This document shows, piece by piece, positions 53,171 through 60,910 of a DNA stretch of 64,000 bases. The stretch covers positions 1,765-65,764 of the forward strand of contig JAJZMB010000029.1 of NCBI GenBank assembly GCA_021803205.1. Direction: 5' to 3'. Position 1 is the first letter of the stretch. Each line of letters begins with the position of its first letter. A program made the translations under genes and the position numbers. This stretch comes from Bacillota bacterium (GTDB lineage Bacteria > Bacillota > Sulfobacillia > RBS10-35 > JAJYVN01). A model generated the notes under the pieces. That model made no database searches, was not told the origin of the DNA, and worked only from the letters and a program-made list of their open reading frames with translations.

Positions 53171-53351
53171 ACATGGCGCCCGGGCCGGAAAGGGACTCCC
53201 AAGCGTGTCTCGCGCGGATGCGCCCGCCGCATGTCCGCGGGCGTTCGGACAACATGGCGGGCACGCGACCACTCTCGGTATCGGCGGCTCACGCCCGATG
53301 CGGGATCCGTTCGCCGCACCCGCCCAGGTGGCGCGGGACCAAGGCGGATGG

Positions 53352-54392
53352 CTACGGCAGCAGGCCGATCCGCGGCAGCCCGAGGGTCTCCTCCAACCCA
53401 AACATGCGATTGAGGTTCTGCACGGCCTGCCCGGCGGCCCCCTTGCCCAGGTTGTCGATCGCGGCGACGGCCACCAGAAGCCGCACCCGGGCATCCACCC
53501 GCACGGCGACCTGGACACAATTGGTGCCGAGCGTAGCCTTGGTTGCGGGCAACCCTTCCTGCAATACTTGGACGAACGGCTCGCCGGCAAAGGCCTCAAG
53601 ATAGCAGGCCAGCGCCTCAGCGGTTGTCCAGGGATGGCGCAGGCGGGCATAGCAGGTGGCGAGCAGCCCGCGCGCCATCGGCACCTGGTGGGGGCTGAAC
53701 GTCACCCTGACTGGTCCGTCCGCCGCCAGGGCCAGTTCCTGCTCGATCTCCGGAGTATGGCGGTGCTCCCCGGCGAGTTTGTACGGCCAGACGTTGTCGT
53801 CCGCCTCGGCGAAGTGCGTGGCCAAGCTGAGTTGGCGCCCGGCCCCCGTTACGCCGGACTTGGCGTCGATGATCAGATCCTCGGTCATGACCGCGCCCGC
53901 GGCCACGGCCGGTCGGAGCGCGAAGAGGGCGGCGGTCGGGTAGCACCCGGGATTGGCAACGAGGCGCGCGGTGGCGATCCCGTCCCGATGGAACTCGGTC
54001 AGCCCGTACACCGCATCCAGGAGCCATTCCGGCGCCGTGTGCGCCCCATCGTAATATTGCGCGTAGGCCCGCTCATCCCGGAGGCGGAAGTCCGCGCCGA
54101 AATCGACCACCCGCATTCCGCGCCGGAGCAACATAGGGGCCAGTTCCAGGCTCTTCCGGGCTGGGAGAGACAGTAGGGCAACCTCGGCGACGGCGGCGAT
54201 GGCCTCGGGATCCGGTGGCCCCATGTGCATCGCACCCACCGCGCCGAGGTGCGGGTAGACACTCCCGATGGCCTGCCCGGCCTGGCTGTATGAGGCGAGA
54301 TACGTCACAGCCGCGGCGGGATGCCCGGAGAGAAGGCGCAGCGCCTCCACCCCGGCATAACCGGTCGCGCCCACGATCGCCACCTTCACCAC
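53352..54392 (-). CDS. argC: N-acetyl-gamma-glutamyl-phosphate reductase
   Basis: MVKVAIVGATGYAGVEALRLL and VANPGCYPTAA (catalytic Cys). 346 aa. Confidence 0.92.
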   Translation of the reverse strand: MVKVAIVGATGYAGVEALRLLSGHPAAAVTYLASYSQAGQAIGSVYPHLGAVGAMHMGPPDPEAIAAVAEVALLSLPARKSLELAPMLLRRGMRVVDFGADFRLRDERAYAQYYDGAHTAPEWLLDAVYGLTEFHRDGIATARLVANPGCYPTAALFALRPAVAAGAVMTEDLIIDAKSGVTGAGRQLSLATHFAEADDNVWPYKLAGEHRHTPEIEQELALAADGPVRVTFSPHQVPMARGLLATCYARLRHPWTTAEALACYLEAFAGEPFVQVLQEGLPATKATLGTNCVQVAVRVDARVRLLVAVAAIDNLGKGAAGQAVQNLNRMFGLEETLGLPRIGLLP

Positions 54393-54485
54393 GCAGGTCC
54401 ACCCCTCACATCACCCAGCACCAAAACAGTCGATCACGCCCGCGCAGTGCAACGGCCCACCGCATCCGCACGGCGGCCGGATCGC

Positions 54486-54896
54486 TCATGGCGCGACTGC
54501 ACGCAATGCCTCCTGTACCTCGTTCTCCTCGATTCCACCCGGCAATCCTCGGGTGAACCGCCGGGTGAACCGCCCATCGGCATGGACGCACTGCACCAGA
54601 TGTTCACAGGCCAATTCCGGGTCTACCCGGCTACCACAAGTGAAGATGTCGAATGCGGCATAGCCGTGTTCAGGAAAGGTATGCACAGAGATGTGCGATT
54701 CCGCCAGGACCACCACGCCCGACAGCCCCTGCACCGGAAAACGGTGGAAGGTGCTGTCCACGACGCACGCCCCCGCGGCGGCCGCGGCACCGAGCATCGC
54801 TTCCTGCATGGACTCCAGATCGTTGAGGGTATCGGCGTCGACGCCCCAGACGTCTAGCAGGATGTGCCTTCCATGGGTCTGGTGCCATTCGGCCAT
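54486..54896 (-). CDS. speH: S-adenosylmethionine decarboxylase proenzyme (SpeH/SpeD, small bacterial type)
   Basis: GRHILLDVWG...GLSGVVVLAESHISVHTFPEHGYAAFDIFTCG, including the ES self-cleavage site. 136 aa. Confidence 0.9.
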   Translation of the reverse strand: MAEWHQTHGRHILLDVWGVDADTLNDLESMQEAMLGAAAAAGACVVDSTFHRFPVQGLSGVVVLAESHISVHTFPEHGYAAFDIFTCGSRVDPELACEHLVQCVHADGRFTRRFTRGLPGGIEENEVQEALRAVAP

Positions 54897-55009
54897 AAGA
54901 AAAATCCCCCTTCAGCCGCGATTCCGGCCCTTCCAGGCCGGACGGGACCGTCGTTTTCGCCACGGGGGATGAGCAGAGGGCGGCCGGACCGCCCTCACCC
55001 TTCTGGCGA

Positions 55010-55025
55010 AACTAGGTTCCTAGTT
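55010..55025. promoter_or_regulatory. Perfect 16-bp palindrome at the start of the speH leader (operator or 5' stem-loop)
   Basis: AACTAGGTTCCTAGTT, a few nt downstream of the predicted -10 element. Confidence 0.3.
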
Positions 55026-55035
55026 GTCAGCGCTG

Positions 55036-55064
55036 ATTTTAACGGCGCACCCCCCAAAGGTCAA
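55036..55064 (-). promoter_or_regulatory. Strong sigma-A type promoter of speH(-argC)
   Basis: Minus strand reads TTGACC-17 nt-TAAAAT. This leaves a leader of about 130 nt before the speH ATG. Confidence 0.6.
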
Positions 55065-55177
55065 TATCGGCGGGGTCTTCGTACCTGAGGCCATCTCCCG
55101 CACGGCTTTGGCCCCATCCTTCGTCTCGGGCGTCGGCCAGCCGCGGCGGCGAGGGACAGGGCCGCATGCCGCGCGCT

Positions 55178-55223
55178 GGAGAGACCTGCGGCGGCATGCC
55201 GACATGCCGCCGCAGGTCTCTCC
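55178..55223. terminator. Perfect 21-bp stem / 4-nt loop hairpin (terminator of the upstream lipoprotein gene)
   Basis: GGAGAGACCTGCGGCGGCATG-ccga-CATGCCGCCGCAGGTCTCTCC. It is flanked by a further GGACAGG/CCTGTCC pairing and has no U-tract. Confidence 0.6.
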
Positions 55224-55261
55224 CCTGTCCGCGGTTCAGCCGGCAGTGCTTGCCATCCAGG

Positions 55262-55834
55262 CTAATAGGCGCTGCTCTGGCTGCTGGCGGCCGCCGCACC
55301 CGAAGAAGCCGGCGCTGCGGACGTACCGGCCGCAGTGGCGGCCGCGTTCTGTACCGGCCCCAGATAATCCGAATCGACCCATCCGGTCAATGTCACCTTG
55401 GACGCAGGGTTGGAAAACCTGATCTCCGACCAGTTGCCCTGATTCGCCAGAACGTTAACCTGCGCGTTCTGCAGCAGCGTGCCCTTGACTGTGCCGGTGA
55501 GGCTGGGGTCGTCGCGCACGTTAAGCACGTCCGCCTCAACCACCGCGACGGGCAGGTCACTCTGGACCACGCCACTGGATGTGCTGCCAGCCGCGGCCGT
55601 GGCGCCCGTGGCGCCAGGTGCGGTGCCGGAAGCGGAAGCCGTGGTCCCCTGGCCCATGTTGGCCAGCGCCGCCTGGAGTTCACCCAATTGCGCGTCCATG
55701 CTGTCCACCCGGCTCGATAGTTGCGATAGCGTCGGCGATCCGCTGGAGGATGTGAACAATTGCCCACAACCGGAGGCCCCTGCCGCAAGCCCGACGGTCA
55801 GCAGCACACCCCCCAACCTGCTCCAACCGTTCAT
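55262..55834 (-). CDS. Lipoprotein with bacterial SH3 (SH3b) domain
   Basis: MNGWSRLGGVLLTVGLAAGASGC lipobox, a low-complexity S/T/A linker, then VVEADVLNVRDDPSLTGTVKGTLLQNAQVNVLANQGNWSEIRF...GWVDSDYL. ATG 55834 has a GGGGGGAGGG RBS. Confidence 0.7.
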   Translation of the reverse strand: MNGWSRLGGVLLTVGLAAGASGCGQLFTSSSGSPTLSQLSSRVDSMDAQLGELQAALANMGQGTTASASGTAPGATGATAAAGSTSSGVVQSDLPVAVVEADVLNVRDDPSLTGTVKGTLLQNAQVNVLANQGNWSEIRFSNPASKVTLTGWVDSDYLGPVQNAAATAAGTSAAPASSGAAAASSQSSAY

Positions 55835-55957
55835 CGCTCCGCCCTCCCCCCTTCCGGCCCGAAACATATGTCGGGCCGCAGGGGGTTATGTCCGAGGCAC
55901 TTGCCCCGCATCGGGCGCCGCCCGAGGGCAGGCCGATCCGCCCGCAACGGCGATGAC

Positions 55958-57532
55958 TCATCCCCGCCGCCCGCGCCGCCCGGCTGCACTCGTTGCCTGT
56001 GGCGGCGGGACCTCGGCGGCCCGCGGTCCCGAGCGGGGCAAGTCGATCCGGAATGTGCTGCCCTGGCCGACACGGCTCTCGACACTGATCGTACCGCCGT
56101 GGGCCCGGACAATCTCCCGGGCGATCGCCAGGCCGAGGCCCGTTCCCGCGTTCGGGCGCGAGCGCGAGCGGTCCACCGTGTAGAAGCGCTCGAAGATATG
56201 CTCCACATCCTCCGGCGCGATGCCCACTCCGGTGTCCTCGACCTCGAAGCGCACCCGCTCCCCGCCAGCCGGCGCTCCGGGCTCCCATCCCCGCGCTCGG
56301 AGCGTGATGCGGCCCTGCGCGGGGGTGAAGCGCAACGCATTCTGAACAAGATTGCTCAGGACCTGAAAGATCCGGTCGGGATCCGCCAGGAGTACGCCGG
56401 CGTCGCCAGCGACATCGAGGGCGATCACGGGCCCATCCCGCCCGATCAGGGCGCGGCCCCGCTCCGCCGCGGACTCCACCAACTCGGCCGCCGCGCACGG
56501 CAGCAAGCGCAGGGTGACCTGACCCGCCTCCAGCTTGGCGAGTTCGAAGAGATCCTCGATCAGGCGGCGGAGCCGGGCGATCTCCTCGTCGATGATCCCG
56601 TAGGTCCGCTCCACCGCTTCCTCATCCACCACACCGTCTCGCAACGCCTGGACGAATCCCTGGATGGAGGTGAGCGGGGTGCGCAATTCATGCGAAACGG
56701 CCGCCAGCAGGTCCCTCCTGGCGGCCAGCACGCGCTCCAGACGCCCGGCCATGCGGTTGAACGCCGCGGCGAGCAGCCCGATCTCGTCGCGCGGACCGGG
56801 CGGCACGCGATGGCGGAAGTCCCCCCGGCTGATGCCTTCGGCCGCCTGTGCCATGGCCCGCAAGGGCCGGGTGATACCCCCGGCCAGCACCAGACCGAGC
56901 AGGAGAGAGAGGGCGATGCCAAACATCCACGACTCGAAGAACACCTTCTGCGGGAACAGCGCCGCCGCCTGGACCTCGCGCACCGGACTGGCCAGCACCA
57001 CGGCTCCCACCGTCACGCCAGCGACGCGGATGGGGTATCCGCCCAGGACCGTCCGCACATGGAAGGGAGTCGGCAGGCCGCACCGTTTGGAAGGCATGGC
57101 GCACTGAACGTGCCCGACGCTGAGGACCTCACGGATGGCCGGGCCCATCGCCGTGACGTCTCGGCGGCGCGGGAAGCTGACCAGGACAACGCCGTCCTCG
57201 CCGGCGACCGCCACCACGGCACCGGTCGCCTCCGCGGCCACCACCACCACGTCATGCAGGCGGGTGTCGGCTGCGGCGGTGGCCGGGGCACCGGAGGCGT
57301 CGTACTGGAGCGTCCAGGTCCGGCCGAGCTGGCCGGCGATGCCGCGGGCCGTCGCCACCAACCGGGCGTGGCTCTGCACCTCCAGTGTGCGCAGCACCAC
57401 CCGCTGCCCGATGCCCGCGGCGAGTAGGGGCGCGACGACGCTGACCAGGACGAAGGCCCCGAAGACCTTCCAGCGCAGAGACCAGCCGCCGCTGCGCCGC
57501 TCCGCGCCCGAAACCGGAACCCGCGCGCTCAC
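55958..57532 (-). CDS. Sensor histidine kinase (2 TM, HAMP, HisKA, HATPase_c)
   Basis: HAMP (ITRPLRAMAQAAEGISRGDF...EIGLLAAAFNRMAGRLE), H-box SHELRTPLTSIQG, N-box NLVQNALRFT and G-boxes DTGVGI / GTGLGLAIA. The GTG 57532 start overlaps the response-regulator stop (GTGA). Confidence 0.85.
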   Translation of the reverse strand: MSARVPVSGAERRSGGWSLRWKVFGAFVLVSVVAPLLAAGIGQRVVLRTLEVQSHARLVATARGIAGQLGRTWTLQYDASGAPATAAADTRLHDVVVVAAEATGAVVAVAGEDGVVLVSFPRRRDVTAMGPAIREVLSVGHVQCAMPSKRCGLPTPFHVRTVLGGYPIRVAGVTVGAVVLASPVREVQAAALFPQKVFFESWMFGIALSLLLGLVLAGGITRPLRAMAQAAEGISRGDFRHRVPPGPRDEIGLLAAAFNRMAGRLERVLAARRDLLAAVSHELRTPLTSIQGFVQALRDGVVDEEAVERTYGIIDEEIARLRRLIEDLFELAKLEAGQVTLRLLPCAAAELVESAAERGRALIGRDGPVIALDVAGDAGVLLADPDRIFQVLSNLVQNALRFTPAQGRITLRARGWEPGAPAGGERVRFEVEDTGVGIAPEDVEHIFERFYTVDRSRSRPNAGTGLGLAIAREIVRAHGGTISVESRVGQGSTFRIDLPRSGPRAAEVPPPQATSAAGRRGRRG

Positions 57533-58236
57533 GGCAGATCGCGCCCCTGCTGCGGTCCCGGTTCGAACTTGTAGCCCATGCCCCACACGGTCAAGAGGTA
57601 CCGGGGTCGGGACGGTTCTGGCTCAAGTCGCTCCCGCAGGCGGTGGACGTGCACATCCACCGTACGCGCCTCAATGTATTCCTGGGTGCCCCACACCGCC
57701 TCAAGGAGCTGATCCCGGGTGTACACGCGGCGAGGATTGGAGGCCAGGAGCCAGAGCAGATCGAACTCCTTGGCCGGACACGGCGCAATCTGGCCCCGGA
57801 CCACCAATTCCCGGGCCGTCAGGTCCAGGGAAAAATCCGGAAATTGCAGCCTGTCGGGGGAGGCATCCGGCTCGCGGCTACGGCGCAGCAGCGCCCTGGC
57901 CCGCGCGACCAACTCCCTGGGCCCGAACGGTTTGGTCACGTAATCGTCGGCGCCGAGTTCCAGGCCCACGACGATGTCCGCTTCGTCGTCACGCGCGGTC
58001 AGCATCAGAATCGGGACGCGCCCCCGATGACGCAGTTCCCGGCACACCTGCCATCCATCCTTGCGCGGCAGGAGCACGTCGAGCACGACGAGGTCGACCG
58101 CCTGCGCGGATGCGAGGCGCAGCCCGGATTCCCCGTCCTCCGCCTCCAGCACCTCGAAACCCTCGCGACTGAGATACAGGCGCAGCAGTTCGCGAATGTG
58201 GGCCTCATCGTCGATGACCAGGACGCGTTGCGCCAT
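57529..58236 (-). CDS. OmpR/PhoB-family response regulator
   Basis: MAQRVLVIDDEAHIRELL...DLVVLDVLLP...ILMLTARD receiver domain, then a winged-helix domain ending YLLTVWGMGYKF. ATG 58236; the track ORF is over-extended. Confidence 0.9.
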   Translation of the reverse strand: MAQRVLVIDDEAHIRELLRLYLSREGFEVLEAEDGESGLRLASAQAVDLVVLDVLLPRKDGWQVCRELRHRGRVPILMLTARDDEADIVVGLELGADDYVTKPFGPRELVARARALLRRSREPDASPDRLQFPDFSLDLTARELVVRGQIAPCPAKEFDLLWLLASNPRRVYTRDQLLEAVWGTQEYIEARTVDVHVHRLRERLEPEPSRPRYLLTVWGMGYKFEPGPQQGRDLP

Positions 58237-58568
58237 GGCTCCCCGGTGACGGGCGGCACGCAGAGGCGGGACCGTCAGCGCCACCCGCCGGACCGGCTTT
58301 TCCTCCTTTCGGCCGCCCGTCGCCCCACGCAGGCCGCCACGGTGCCGGGGCGGTCTGTGCCGGGCCGGCGCCGCACTCCTGGCGCGCAGAAAACAGGCTT
58401 TGGGCAGTCCGCCCAACGGTGCGGGTTGCCACGACCACCGCTCCAGCGGTGCGCCGCCCGCTCCGCGTTGACATCTGGGTGCCCCGGGCCGGAGAATGGG
58501 TCGATTCCGCCGCCGACGGGCGCCGCCGCGGCCCCGGACGGACACGCGGCGGGCGGAGGTGCCCACGC

Positions 58569-59408
58569 TTGACGGACGTCGCGTTCCAGGGCGAGTTTGG
58601 CGCCTTCAGTGAGGAGGCCGTCCGCAGCGCATGCGGCCGCGATGCCACGCCCGTGCCCTGCAGAACCCTGCGGGACCTCTTCGACACCATCGAAGCCGGC
58701 CGGGCGGCCCTCGGCGTCATCCCGGTGGAGAATTCCCGGGCCGGCAGCATTCCTGAAAGCTACGACCTGCTGTTGCAACGCGCACTCGTCATCCGGGGCG
58801 AGGTGGCCGTGCGGGTCGAGCAGTGCCTCATGGCCATGCCCGGCACCGCAATCGCGGACGTGCGGCGGGTGTATTCCCACCCGCAGGCCTTGGCGCAATG
58901 CGAGGGCTACCTGCGCGCCATCGGTGCGGAGGCCGTCGCGGTATATGACACCGCCGGGGGCGCGCGTGCCCTGCAAGAGGGCGCCGAGCCGGGGGCAGCA
59001 GCCATCGCCTCGGCGCGGGCCGCCGAGATTTACGGCCTCGACCTCCTGGCACGGGGCATTCAGGACGATCCGGACAACACCACCCGCTTCTACGTGGTGG
59101 GCGCCCCCGGACCCGCGGTGCCGGACGGGCCGGGAGCACCACGAACGGTGATCGCGCTGGCGCTGCGGGACGACGATGCGCCCGGCGCCCTATTCTGGTC
59201 GCTCGGCACGCTCGCCTTCTGGAAGATCAACCTGCTGCGCATTGAGTCCCGTCCCAGCCGCAGGCGGCCGTGGCATTACCATTTCTATCTGGAACTCGAC
59301 ATCGCCGCGGACTCGTCGGCCTTTCGCGGCGCCCGCCGGGAACTGGAAGGTCGGACGGCCCTCATCTCGGTACTGGGATCCTTCCCCGCCGCCACTTTCC
59401 CGGCATAG
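58569..59408 (+). CDS. pheA: Prephenate dehydratase
   Basis: VAFQGEFGAFSEEA, GVIPVENSRAGSI, TRFYVVG and an ACT domain with ESRPSRRRPWHYHFYLELD. TTG 58569 (GGAGGT 8 nt upstream) is proposed as the start. Confidence 0.85.
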   Translation: MTDVAFQGEFGAFSEEAVRSACGRDATPVPCRTLRDLFDTIEAGRAALGVIPVENSRAGSIPESYDLLLQRALVIRGEVAVRVEQCLMAMPGTAIADVRRVYSHPQALAQCEGYLRAIGAEAVAVYDTAGGARALQEGAEPGAAAIASARAAEIYGLDLLARGIQDDPDNTTRFYVVGAPGPAVPDGPGAPRTVIALALRDDDAPGALFWSLGTLAFWKINLLRIESRPSRRRPWHYHFYLELDIAADSSAFRGARRELEGRTALISVLGSFPAATFPA

Positions 59409-59426
59409 TGGCGCGTCCATCAAGTT
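59409..59426 (+). repeat. Left arm of an 18-bp perfect inverted repeat
   Basis: TGGCGCGTCCATCAAGTT, starting the nucleotide after the pheA stop codon. Its exact reverse complement lies at 59572..59589. Confidence 0.9.
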
Positions 59427-59571
59427 TTGTCTCGCTGTGTTGAGCGCGGGCGACAGCATGCCGCTCAAGTCCTGGCGCCAATGGCGGATGCGCTGCCCTC
59501 CACCTGGGCCGTAACGGCCGCGACCGATGACCGCCACCCCGAGGCGGTGCCGTTGCGTTGGCGACGGTCAG

Positions 59572-59589
59572 AACTTGATGGACGCGCCA
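59572..59589 (-). repeat. Right arm of the 18-bp perfect inverted repeat
   Basis: AACTTGATGGACGCGCCA is the reverse complement of 59409..59426. The arms are 145 bp apart. Confidence 0.9.
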
Positions 59590-59683
59590 ATAGCCAGGCC
59601 GCAGCGCAGGGGATCCCTCGCTGCGACGCCGCATCCATCCAGGGCCGCGCGGACCCGGTCATCGGTGGTCCCGTGGCGGGCCA

Positions 59684-60523
59684 TCACGCGACCCGATGGT
59701 CGCCGGGTTCGGAGCCTGCGGCCGGTTCGCCGGAGGCCGGTGCACCCTCGGCGGGGGACGCCCCGGCGGGCTTGGCTCTGCTATCCTGAAGAAACACCGC
59801 CAACTTCTCACGCACCGAACTAGGATTGTCTCCGGCCTGGATCGAGAGCACGCCCTCCACGACCACCTCGGCGCGCACCGTTCCCGCACGGGCGTTCTGC
59901 TTCATCTTGTTCGCCAGCGGCAGCCAGAAGACGTTGGCGGTACTGATGCCGTAGAAGGTGGCAAGGAAGGCGGTGGCGATCGCCGGCCCCAGCTTGACCG
60001 CGTTTTGCAGGTTGGCCAGGACATGGATCAGGCCCATGACCGTCCCGATGATGCCCATCGTCGGCGCAAAACCGCCCGCCGATTCGAACAGTGCGGCCTG
60101 CCGCGTCGCCGCGCGCTGCCGCAGGACCATCTCAGTCTGCAGCACACCGCGGACCGCATCGGCGTCCGCGCCGTCGACCACCATCTGCAACCCGCGGCAG
60201 AGTAAGGGGTCGTCGATTCCGGCGATATCCTCCTCCAGCGACAGGAGTCCATTGCGCCGGGCTTTCAACGCCAGTTCGACCAAGCGCTCGATTTCCGCCG
60301 GTAGGTCGAACTTCGGAGGCCGGAACGCCGTCAGGACGAGTCTGGGTAGCGCCAGCATGTCCGTTACCTGATTGCTGATGGCCGTTGCACCAATTGTGCC
60401 CCCGATGACCAGCAGGGCCGCGGAGGGGTTGAGCAGACTGACCAAAGACCCGCCGTCGATCAGATCGGCGCCCAGGATCGCGGCAACGGCCAGCGCAAGA
60501 CCGACGACCACGCCAAAATCCAA
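59684..60523 (-). CDS. motA: MotA/TolQ/ExbB-family proton channel, flagellar stator MotA-like
   Basis: (M)DFGVVVGLALAVAAILGADLIDGGSL..., LLSLEEDI and FESAGGFAPTMGIIGTVMGLIHVL. 279 aa. TTG start with a GGGGGTGA RBS. No motB follows it. Confidence 0.8.
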   Translation of the reverse strand: MDFGVVVGLALAVAAILGADLIDGGSLVSLLNPSAALLVIGGTIGATAISNQVTDMLALPRLVLTAFRPPKFDLPAEIERLVELALKARRNGLLSLEEDIAGIDDPLLCRGLQMVVDGADADAVRGVLQTEMVLRQRAATRQAALFESAGGFAPTMGIIGTVMGLIHVLANLQNAVKLGPAIATAFLATFYGISTANVFWLPLANKMKQNARAGTVRAEVVVEGVLSIQAGDNPSSVREKLAVFLQDSRAKPAGASPAEGAPASGEPAAGSEPGDHRVA

Positions 60524-60696
60524 GCGCTCACCCCCGGTGATATGCCGTACGGCGTTCTCTATATCGGTGCGGGAGAAGCGCGGCGTGAGGGGATCAGACG
60601 TTCTGCGCCCGACGCCGATGGCGTGAGCGCTCGCCTAGGCGCCGCCCCCAGGATTCGGCCTCTGGCGCCTCAAAACCGCCGGCCCTGGAGGACGTT

Positions 60697-60787
60697 GCAA
60701 AAGGCGGTTTCCGCACCGGCCCAAAGCAGGAGACCCTCAGCAGTCCAGGGACATCGGGACCGCGGCTGCGCAACAGCGGAGTTTTGC
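60697..60787 (+). repeat. 91-nt intergenic repeat, copy U4
   Basis: GCAAAAGGCGGTTTCCGCACCGG...GACCCTCAGCAGTCCAGGGACATCGGGACC...GCGCAACAGCGGAGTTTTGC. Exactly 91 nt, between the thrB 3' end and the motA 5' region. Confidence 0.8.
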
Positions 60788-60910
60788 AACGCCCGGGTGG
60801 CGCCAGCACTGAAAGCGGGTTGAGCGGCGCCGGCCCCAAGCAAGGCGCGCAGCGGTGGCGACGACCCACCGCTGGGGCGGCGACGTCCCGGCAATACACC
60901 GCCGGCCGTC

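Noticed and set aside
59409-59683. A motB gene, or a fused MotB domain, downstream of motA.
   Set aside because: No frame in the 275-bp spacer encodes a TM helix plus a peptidoglycan-binding domain. MotA itself has a normal length (279 aa).
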